24,000 bases of DNA from Shouchella oshimensis (GCF_002019765.1 NZ_KV917380.1:2866792-2890791); one strand, 5' to 3'; numbered from the stretch's first letter, positions 1-6,596 are shown. The notes: generated from the sequence alone by a model not told the origin. Translations and numbers: made by a program.

Positions 1-1
1 A

Positions 2-871
2 GTTGGTCAAAAATTAACACACTATTTAGTCGAACAAGGACATTCCGTCACTATTTTAACGCGAAATGCAGCAAATAAGCAAAACAAAGAACACGTTTCC
101 TATGTAGAATGGCTTCAGCCAGAGGCCACTCCTGCTGAGCATTTAGAAGGAACAGACGCATTTATTAATTTGGCAGGAGAATCAATCATGGGCAGGTGGA
201 CAGCATTAAAAAAAGAACGTATCCTCTCAAGCCGACTAGAAGCAACCACCGAACTCATTTCCATAATGAAACAACTGAAGAAAAAGCCCACTGTTTTAGT
301 TAATGGTTCAGCTATGGGCTACTATGGCTATTCTGATACAAAACAATTTACAGAAGAGGATGAGCCGGCGAACACACCTTTTCTTGGTGAGGTAACCCAA
401 AAGTGGGAAAATGCCGCATCCTTAGCCTCAGAATTTGGTATTCGAACAGTATATATGCGAATTGGCATTGTGTTCGATGAAGAAGGAGGCGCACTTCCGA
501 AAATGCTTCTCCCCTACAAACTTTTTGTCGGCGGGAAAGTAGGATCAGGAAAGCAATGGATGTCTTGGATTCATAGTAACGATTTAATTCGTTTATTCTT
601 ATTTGCTATTGAAAAAGAAGCGATCTCTGGTCCTTTAAATGCAACAGCCCCTCACCCGGTTCGCATGAATCAACTAAATCGAACCATTGCTCAAGTAATG
701 AATCGTCCCCATTGGCTGCCTGCACCGTCTTTTGCTTTAAAGACCACTCTTGGCGAAATGAGTACGCTTATCCTTGATGGAGCCTACATCTTTCCTCGTA
801 AAGCCATTCAACACGGTTTCACATTTCAGTACAACGAACTGGAAGTCGCACTCAAACAACTGTTAAACTAA
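2..871 (+). CDS. TIGR01777/YfhF-like NAD-dependent epimerase family protein with C-terminal DUF1731 region, 5'-truncated by the window edge
   Basis: The reading frame is open from base 2 (VGQKLTHYLVEQGHSVTILTR...), upstream of the ORF-track Met at 170. The C-terminal half (GKQWMSWIHSNDL...NATAPHPVRMNQL...RPHWLPAPSFALK..LGEMS) matches the conserved pattern of this family as I remember it. Confidence 0.85.
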   Translation, partial: VGQKLTHYLVEQGHSVTILTRNAANKQNKEHVSYVEWLQPEATPAEHLEGTDAFINLAGESIMGRWTALKKERILSSRLEATTELISIMKQLKKKPTVLVNGSAMGYYGYSDTKQFTEEDEPANTPFLGEVTQKWENAASLASEFGIRTVYMRIGIVFDEEGGALPKMLLPYKLFVGGKVGSGKQWMSWIHSNDLIRLFLFAIEKEAISGPLNATAPHPVRMNQLNRTIAQVMNRPHWLPAPSFALKTTLGEMSTLILDGAYIFPRKAIQHGFTFQYNELEVALKQLLN

Positions 872-879
872 TGACAAAA

Positions 880-911
880 CGCATGGTTTCAGTCAATCCT
901 GACACCATGCG
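880..911 (-). terminator. Hairpin between convergent genes, probable terminator of the 98-aa gene
   Basis: CGCATGGT(t)TCAG-tcaatc-CTGA(c)ACCATGCG gives about 12 bp with a 1x1 mismatch. On the minus strand it is followed by TTTTG. There is no good T-run on the plus strand. Confidence 0.5.
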
Positions 912-916
912 CTAGT

Positions 917-1213
917 TTAATGAAGCAGCACTTTCTCGAACTTTATACTTTGTTCCTCAATACCAAGCTTCTTTAAGAACTGCTCTGCTTGCCTTAACGT
1001 ATCAAGTGGATATTGAGTTTGACAAAGTTGTGTAGCTCTTCGAAGACTCTCTTGAAACTGCTTGTTTAATGCCAAGTCACGCTTTACATTATAAATTGCT
1101 TTTAAAACCTTTTCATCTCGCTCAAAGCTAACAAATCCCTCTGTTTGATTATAATATACAATAAGAGGTACGTGGGTATGGGGATGAATAATGTGTGTCT
1201 TGTATAACTGCAT
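917..1213 (-). CDS. Hypothetical 98-aa protein, no family recognised
   Basis: Intact ORF with GGAG..GAGGAG purine tract just upstream of the ATG and a hairpin after the stop. It sits downstream and co-oriented with the aimR/aimP-like pair. Confidence 0.55.
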   Translation of the reverse strand: MQLYKTHIIHPHTHVPLIVYYNQTEGFVSFERDEKVLKAIYNVKRDLALNKQFQESLRRATQLCQTQYPLDTLRQAEQFLKKLGIEEQSIKFEKVLLH

Positions 1214-1228
1214 GACTCCTCACACTCC

Positions 1229-1576
1229 GTGGACGTTTTTCTTTTATCTTATGTAACGATTGTACCACGGTTAAAACAAATGCCTAGTTCAAATAAATAT
1301 TGTTGTCCTCGCACTACTCCACTTTACCCCTTTACAATTAAAATGATTCCTACTTTTCATTCTTCTTGCTACACTGTAGTCATACGTACGATCATGCTTT
1401 TACTGCTTGCACTTGGACCAACCCTCACTATGCTTTCTGTAACAATTGAGCTAGAGTGGCTTGCACGTACCGTCAGAGTAATCGGGGGAATTCTGTTTAT
1501 GAACACCATCATTTTTTATCGAGAAATAAGAGCGTCCCTCCACAAAACTCTAGCAAAACGAAAAAAGACTCTCTGA
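1229..1576 (+). CDS. Doubtful ORF; if real, probably only the C-terminal ~60-77 aa forms a small 2-TM protein with a basic tail
   Basis: Two hydrophobic segments followed by REIRASLHKTLAKRKKTL. No recognisable SD precedes any candidate start (1229, 1343, 1394). The ORF ends inside the 1558-1585 hairpin. Confidence 0.25.
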   Translation: MDVFLLSYVTIVPRLKQMPSSNKYCCPRTTPLYPFTIKMIPTFHSSCYTVVIRTIMLLLLALGPTLTMLSVTIELEWLARTVRVIGGILFMNTIIFYREIRASLHKTLAKRKKTL

Positions 1577-1585
1577 GGAGTCTTT
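1558..1585 (-). terminator. Rho-independent terminator downstream of the aimP-like ORF
   Basis: AAAGACTC-n6-GAGTCTTT is an 8-bp stem. On the minus strand the stem runs into TTTTTTCG. It lies about 60 nt after the peptide ORF stop. Confidence 0.7.
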
Positions 1586-1591
1586 ATATTA

Positions 1592-1622
1592 TATATCGAA
1601 ATGTAGTTTCTTTATCTATATA
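1592..1622. promoter_or_regulatory. Imperfect inverted repeat between the aimP-like stop and the terminator, candidate operator
   Basis: TATATCGAAA-tgtagt-TTTATCTATATA, with one mismatch and one indel between the arms. In described arbitrium systems the AimR operator lies downstream of aimP. The region is AT-rich, so a chance match is possible. Confidence 0.25.
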
Positions 1623-1645
1623 GTTAGAATGGTTTCACAGTCCTA

Positions 1646-1768
1646 TTAAGTTCCGCCGGGTTGCGTCGGTCCGCCTTTTACTTCAACTAAATCAGGTGTA
1701 GTACCCGTTGTCAGTTGAGCAAACGGCGAACTTAGTAAAAATAACATCACAACGATGATACTTATCAT
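1646..1768 (-). CDS. aimP: Secreted signalling pro-peptide, AimP/Phr-like, 40 aa from the ATG (44 aa if initiated at ATA 1780)
   Basis: Found by manual translation; too short for the ORF track. Sequence: MISIIVVMLFLLSSPFAQLTTGTTPDLVEVKGGPTQPGGT, i.e. a hydrophobic signal-like N-terminus followed by a polar Gly/Pro tail. It starts 26 nt after the stop of the AimR-like gene on the same strand and is followed by a terminator. Confidence 0.6.
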   Translation of the reverse strand: MISIIVVMLFLLSSPFAQLTTGTTPDLVEVKGGPTQPGGT

Positions 1769-1794
1769 TACCTTTTTTATACGCCAACACCTCT

Positions 1795-2895
1795 TTAAAT
1801 TATACTATCTAGCTTTGTTGTGAAGAACGTTGCAAAGTAATTATTGCCACTTTGCTTCATTTCGCCGTAACCTTCAAACACATGATGTACATTTTTTGTA
1901 CATAAACCTAAATAGAGCTTACCAAAAGGACTTAGTTGACTTTGACTTTTAAGCAACCGTAGTGCCTTATTCACCTCCCCTCGAACGTAATGTTGATGAG
2001 CAACTTCTTCTTCATCTCCACAGCTTAAACAGCGATCATGAATGACATTGTTAATACTCAACACAAATGCTATATCTTGTTCCATCTGTTCATGTTTCTT
2101 TGAATTTGCTTTTTTATAACAAGCTTGAGCCATCTCCAAATAACGAATAGCCAAATCAACAGAATGACCTTGATAGGCATGTCCAAGTAAGTGATTCGCA
2201 CTAGCTACAATGAAATCCGAGGCTAGCGGGCTCTTAAGAATTTTATTCGCATTTTGTATTGCATCTTGAATATCCATGCGGTTATATAAACTATCATAAG
2301 CTCGTTGTAAATCATATTTAAGTAACAACGAATCTTTTAAAAACCCTTCTCGCAATACATGTACTTTTCGATCTGTTCTCGCAAGAAAATTGTTCATATC
2401 GTAAAAATTATGTTTGAATGTTAAAGTAGATTCAATTAACTCCAGCTTTAACAGCGCTTCTGGTATGGTCACTTTTCCAAATAAGCTTCGGCATCTCTCC
2501 CATGCCATTTCTGGAGTCAGTAAACCTTTATCCCGCTCAAACCGGTATATGTCTATCCATTCCTTTACTTCGCCTTTATGGTCTTGATGAACAGATAACA
2601 AATCATCAAGCAAATCTCTCCTGTTAAAATTCGAAGCATATTCGAGGGAACTTAAAATACCAATTGGCTTCGTTAACGTCCGACAGTAATCATCCATTAC
2701 ATCTAAGTAATCTTCTTCTTCAATATAGCGAATAATAGCAAAGGAATTAGAAAACTGCAGATCTTTCTGACCTTTTTTATCCACAAACATAGAAATGAGC
2801 GGCTTCGAAATTCCTGTTGCTTTTGAGATGTCTACTTGCTTATTCCCTTCTATACTTAGATAATCGCTAACAAGTTGATATAGATAATTAGACAA
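1795..2895 (-). CDS. aimR: AimR-family (RRNPP-type) HTH + TPR-like peptide-sensing transcription regulator
   Basis: N-terminal HTH (VDISKATGISKPLISMFV) followed by about 300 aa of helical repeat. The blocks DDYCRTLTKPIGILSSLEYA, FVLSINNV and EVAHQHYVRGE resemble phi3T/SPbeta AimR blocks (DYCLNL....SALEYA, CFLNNV, ELAMHYYLKG) as I recall them. Start re-set to TTG 2895, 8 nt after GAGGGG; the ORF-track GTG at 2916 has no SD. Confidence 0.75.
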   Translation of the reverse strand: MSNYLYQLVSDYLSIEGNKQVDISKATGISKPLISMFVDKKGQKDLQFSNSFAIIRYIEEEDYLDVMDDYCRTLTKPIGILSSLEYASNFNRRDLLDDLLSVHQDHKGEVKEWIDIYRFERDKGLLTPEMAWERCRSLFGKVTIPEALLKLELIESTLTFKHNFYDMNNFLARTDRKVHVLREGFLKDSLLLKYDLQRAYDSLYNRMDIQDAIQNANKILKSPLASDFIVASANHLLGHAYQGHSVDLAIRYLEMAQACYKKANSKKHEQMEQDIAFVLSINNVIHDRCLSCGDEEEVAHQHYVRGEVNKALRLLKSQSQLSPFGKLYLGLCTKNVHHVFEGYGEMKQSGNNYFATFFTTKLDSII

Positions 2896-3111
2896 GACAG
2901 ACGCCCCTCTCTTCACTACGGTGACGTAGGATGTGATTAATGTTTATTATATAGCAACAATAAAAATATTGCTGTCGAAAAATAAAAGAATTTCTACTTT
3001 TTTAGCGTTTTTCTCTAGCCTCTTCTTAAAAGGAACCAGTTTCCTTATGATGACCTATCCTTCTCTAATTAGCGATAATGAATAAAAGCCTCTCTAACTT
3101 ACGGTCATACA

Positions 3112-3190
3112 AATAAACCCTTAATGGTGCTACACCCCAAATGCTAGCTTGGCACTCTAACTTTTTAGGGGCAATACCAATAAGGGTTCT
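3112..3190 (-). terminator. Long multi-tier hairpin immediately after the SHOCT gene
   Basis: On the minus strand, the outer arms AACCCTTATTGG / CCATTAAGGGTT match 11 of 12. Inner pairings are CCCC(t)AAA / TTTGGGG and TGC/GCA around a GCTAGC centre. It is followed by TTTATTTG. Confidence 0.5.
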
Positions 3191-3192
3191 TT

Positions 3193-3963
3193 TTAACGTA
3201 AAAGCTCAAGTTTCTTTTTATGAAATTCTTCCTCTGTAATGATTCCATCGTCAAGTAATTCTTTAAATTTTTTAATTTCATCTGCTACTGAAAAAGCTGT
3301 TTCAGTAAGGGGCTTTTGATTATTCTCCCGATCACAAATAACCTGAAACGTCGATACACATTCTTGAGCTTGTTCAAATAAAGACCTATACACCATTTCA
3401 TCTCTTTTTGACTTAGCATTTTTCAAAAAATGTATGTAAACGACTGGATCATTTATATCATTCATCGTTACTTTAATTTGTAAACTATTACACACACCCC
3501 GGGTTCTACGCTTGCCAGTTAAACCTCCAGCCATTGTTCCGGTATGACTAAAATACCCTCCATTAATAGGTGCTCTCCCTTGGCCACCGCTTGCAATCGA
3601 TTCGCCATCATCCAGTAATTCAAAGTCGAGTATGTCCTCGTATCGATAAACGATTGAACGATTTCTTCTTCCAAGTATTTCTGACAATACCAACCATTTT
3701 TTTTGATGATCATCAAATTCTACTAGTGTTCCAATTTTCTTTGTCGCCTTAAAATGATCCAGTTCTGTTGAATTATTGCTAGTTTTCGCTATAGCTTCTC
3801 TGATTTCATCGGCAGTCGCTTTTGCAATAAATTTCTTTAAACTAGAACCAGCCTTTTTATAACAAGTAGGACAAACCCATTCTTTGTTAGCAATTCTATA
3901 ACGATGTAACCCTGCTTCACCATCGCAGACCGCACATATTGCTTTTAGATCAAAAAAACCCAT
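3193..3963 (-). CDS. Zinc-ribbon (DUF4428-like) protein with C-terminal SHOCT domain
   Basis: N-terminal CxxC...CxxC (CAVCDGE...CPTCYKK). The C-terminal SVADEIKKFKELLDDGIITEEEFHKKKLELL is a typical SHOCT motif. SD GGAAGGGTG precedes the ATG. Confidence 0.8.
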   Translation of the reverse strand: MGFFDLKAICAVCDGEAGLHRYRIANKEWVCPTCYKKAGSSLKKFIAKATADEIREAIAKTSNNSTELDHFKATKKIGTLVEFDDHQKKWLVLSEILGRRNRSIVYRYEDILDFELLDDGESIASGGQGRAPINGGYFSHTGTMAGGLTGKRRTRGVCNSLQIKVTMNDINDPVVYIHFLKNAKSKRDEMVYRSLFEQAQECVSTFQVICDRENNQKPLTETAFSVADEIKKFKELLDDGIITEEEFHKKKLELLR

Positions 3964-4063
3964 CCCATATCACCCTTCCGTTTACACTACACTGATATTA
4001 TATATAAGATGAATTAGACAATACAATAGAAATAGGTAAATTTATCTAGTATAAGAATGAATA

Positions 4064-4103
4064 AGCATATTGACTCCTTAGTGCACTAAGGAGTCAATAT
4101 GCT
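4064..4103. repeat. Perfect 40-nt palindrome, probable terminator or insulator hairpin
   Basis: AGCATATTGACTCCTTAGTG|CACTAAGGAGTCAATATGCT is a perfect 20+20 palindrome centred on GTGCAC. Its edge overlaps the TAG stop of the 429-aa gene. There is no clean U-run on either strand. Confidence 0.6.
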
Positions 4104-5391
4104 AGGCGTTAATCCAAGATGTCCATGTTCCACCAGTCTTTCTACGTTTTCTTAATCCAATGGAAGATTGTACAAATGGTGTAGCTATTTGCAAAGCATC
4201 ATTATTTAACTGATAGTGATCAATCATCCAGGCTGTTTGTCCGGCAGGAACATTCTTAGCGCCAGTTTGTCTGATCCAGTAGCGACCGTTCTCGCTTATT
4301 GCATTTGCATCTGTTAAAGCTTTGGATTGACTGTGGAATGTGCCTAGTGTCCCTTTTAAAGATGAAATCGTACCATCTGGTTGGACTCTAAAAACTGTTC
4401 GATCATTTTGATAATCGTACAAAGACAGAAATTCTTCTCGTAAATTCAGTTTCACTTTGCGGTTGTTCCCCTCCCACACTTCAATTCCTTGGGTTTTATA
4501 ACCCTCCACTCCTCGAAGTTGTATGAAGCCCCTGTTGTACTCATCAATTCGCTGTACCATAGACTCTACTTCTTGAAGGCGTTTAGAGATCCTGCCAACG
4601 TCAGATCCCAACGAGTGAAGATCTTGAGCCGAAACACCGTTCATTGGTTTTTGAATGTAAAAGAAATCAGGTACTTTTCTTTCCGTCATGCCATTATTAT
4701 CGATTGACCGATTAACCATGGCACCTCTCACTATGGTTTGAGCGCTTCCACCGCCATCCAGTGTAAAAGCAAAAGCAACCTTCTCCTGCAACATAATTTC
4801 TGCTGACTCATGGGAAGTGAAGCCCCTATCAAAATTCGTACGACCATCTACAGTCAAAATGACAATATCTCCAGTAGTCTTTTGACCAAAAATTTGTGCG
4901 GGCTGAGGATTTTGATTATGCTCATAGTCATCATAAACAGTCTGGGGAAGTTTAGCACCATTTTCTATTAAAGGGATAAACCCAGTAACTGCATTCGTAT
5001 AGCCCTCGTTCAAAATTGTGGTTGCTGTAGTATGAGGTCGAAATACTTTAAATAGATTGTTATCATTAAACGCAAGGATGTATCTAGCTTTATCTGTTCT
5101 TCTATCGGATAGAATCCTTCGATTAACAATATTGACTCCCGATAAAGTCATTTGAGTAGGGTGAAAAATACCTGCATTTAATGTAACTGTATTTGAGTTA
5201 CGTTGTGCAAATGACCTTGCAGTTTCACCTGTTTGTGCGTTATTAGCTAACCCATGCTTGAGAGTGACCCCTTCTGAAACTTCGATTGTAGTTATATAAT
5301 AAGTAGTACCGTTCTTTCTTCCTTCTCTAGTTGTAACACCACTATAAAAAGCTGAATTTTCAAGCTTGTTTTTACTGTTACTATCCTGCAT
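4102..5391 (-). CDS. Phage tail-fibre/receptor-binding-like protein: phosphodiester glycosidase (NAGPA/DUF2233-type) domain, coiled-coil and pyocin-knob-like C-terminus
   Basis: FAFTLDGGGSAQTIV carries the NAGPA hallmark DGGGS. No signal peptide. Coiled segment DVGRISKRLQEVESMVQRIDE. The C-terminus (ENGRYWIR...NVPAGQTAWMIDHY...LRKRRKTGGTWTSWINA) fits the knob-domain pattern G.Y...P..G.....RR...G.W..W. SD AAGGAGA lies 9 nt before the ATG. Confidence 0.8.
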   Translation of the reverse strand: MQDSNSKNKLENSAFYSGVTTREGRKNGTTYYITTIEVSEGVTLKHGLANNAQTGETARSFAQRNSNTVTLNAGIFHPTQMTLSGVNIVNRRILSDRRTDKARYILAFNDNNLFKVFRPHTTATTILNEGYTNAVTGFIPLIENGAKLPQTVYDDYEHNQNPQPAQIFGQKTTGDIVILTVDGRTNFDRGFTSHESAEIMLQEKVAFAFTLDGGGSAQTIVRGAMVNRSIDNNGMTERKVPDFFYIQKPMNGVSAQDLHSLGSDVGRISKRLQEVESMVQRIDEYNRGFIQLRGVEGYKTQGIEVWEGNNRKVKLNLREEFLSLYDYQNDRTVFRVQPDGTISSLKGTLGTFHSQSKALTDANAISENGRYWIRQTGAKNVPAGQTAWMIDHYQLNNDALQIATPFVQSSIGLRKRRKTGGTWTSWINA

Positions 5392-5814
5392 AGGTTTCCA
5401 TCTCCTTTTTACATTGTTTCACTATACATAGAGAAATAAAGCAACAATAATCAAAGGTCGTTCATCATTTTTCTTAGTTTATAAGGTTTTACCTATTTAT
5501 CTTGGTAGCTTCCATCTAATTTTGTATAGTTGTTCAATTAGGTTACATACATAAAAAGAGAACCACCTAAAAGGAAGTCCTCTTTATTGCTTTAGTATTG
5601 GAGAATCCCTTTGAAAAAGAAGTCTGCTTTCTTTTTGTTGTTGGGACAAAATCCAATTAGCACACTGTTATTTTAGTACTATTTAAACTATACGTCCTCG
5701 CAGTTGTTAACGTTCTTTCAAACCCGCATCAATTCTTGTGTGAAAAAATTCTTAGTTTTAGCACTCCTTATACGAGGTATGGATGGATATAACTTATTTT
5801 TAGGAGGATTAAAA

Positions 5815-6000
5815 ATGTTCGCTAATAAGTGTTTTAGGAATGCCCTAGCAGTAGGTTTTGCAGTAGCCATTTTTTTAATGATTGTCTCAAGACTTAATAC
5901 ACAATCAGTCCTCGGAATTATAGTCATTTCAACAGTCGTTTATTTCATTTGTTATGTTACATCACGTGAAAAAAACCGTACTGTTTTTAATAAAGAGTAG
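5815..6000 (+). CDS. Small 61-aa two-TM membrane protein with basic C-terminal tail
   Basis: Start re-set to ATG 5815, 7 nt after AGGAGG; the ORF-track start at 5704 has no SD. Two hydrophobic helices, then SREKNRTVFNKE. A hairpin (GTTAAGGG...CCCTTAAC) follows the stop. Confidence 0.65.
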   Translation: MFANKCFRNALAVGFAVAIFLMIVSRLNTQSVLGIIVISTVVYFICYVTSREKNRTVFNKE

Positions 6001-6250
6001 CGTTAAGGGAGGGGTTTAACCTACTCCCCTTAACTGCTTATTCTAATATTTTAACGTCCTTAAGTGTACGAATGAATAATCATTTATTTGAGGTTATCTT
6101 TTACCTCTACATACTGCTTTCTCATTCATTTCGGTGACTATTCAATCGTAGAGAACTGGTTCATTCATTTAGTTATTGCAGCTGGATTAACCGTTGATCT
6201 ATGTGCTTTTCCTTTACTGTTTAAAAAAAGAAAAACATAGGAGGTACGCC

Positions 6251-6451
6251 ATGTATCGATTTAACAAATGGATTGACTCTTTTCTATTAGCTCTCGTGTG
6301 CGGTAGTGTTTACTTAACATTGAGCATAATTCACGATGATCAGGTTAAATGGCTAAATGCTTTAATAATTGCCACCTCTCTATTTCTTACATGGGCATTA
6401 GTCTTTCCTCGCCTTCGCGAAACAAGAAGTAAAACCAATACCAAAAAATAA
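6251..6451 (+). CDS. Small 66-aa two-TM membrane protein with basic C-terminal tail
   Basis: Start re-set to ATG 6251, 6 nt after AGGAGG. Two hydrophobic helices, then PRLRETRSKTNTKK. Same architecture as the 5815-6000 product. Confidence 0.65.
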   Translation: MYRFNKWIDSFLLALVCGSVYLTLSIIHDDQVKWLNALIIATSLFLTWALVFPRLRETRSKTNTKK

Positions 6452-6570
6452 GAGTAGCTCTAAGATGGGGACAATGACTAGAAATTCTTGTTTAGCAAAA
6501 TCCTACCTTATAAAGATCTTCACGGGAAAACTCATTGTGGTTAAAATGTGGTCAATCGTTATTAGAATAG

Positions 6571-6596
6571 AGAAAAAACCCTGTATTTACAGGGTT
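6571..6596 (-). terminator. Rho-independent terminator of rlmD, overlapping its stop codon
   Basis: Minus strand reads AACCCTGT-aaat-ACAGGGTT followed by TTTTCTC, giving an effective T6 run. Confidence 0.8.

Larger units (their letters stand above)
917..6586. mobile_element. AT-rich accessory islet or degraded prophage remnant, boundaries approximate
   Basis: By eye it is more AT-rich than the flanks. It carries phage-type cargo (arbitrium-like pair, tail-fibre-like protein, SHOCT protein, tiny membrane proteins) wedged between conserved core genes. I found no integrase, att repeats or structural module. Confidence 0.45.

Noticed and set aside
1369-1512. 47-codon minus-strand ORF (MMVFINRIPPITL...) as an aimX-like peptide
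   Set aside because: It has no SD (the nearest GGAGGG is 24 nt away) and its composition is unremarkable. It is antisense to another doubtful ORF. Retained only as a note within the output-region finding.
5553-5584. Hairpin AAGAGAAC-n14-GTCCTCTT upstream of the tail-fibre-like gene, considered as a terminator of a lost upstream phage operon
   Set aside because: The stem contains a mismatch or wobble and the U-tract is weak. No upstream minus-strand gene remains to test the idea, so it is too speculative to annotate.
6038-6569. 10-nt inverted match TTATTCTAATA / TATTAGAATA flanking the second small membrane gene, considered as terminal inverted repeats of a miniature element
   Set aside because: It is short and AT-rich, has no target-site duplication that I could see, and is easily explained by chance in this composition.
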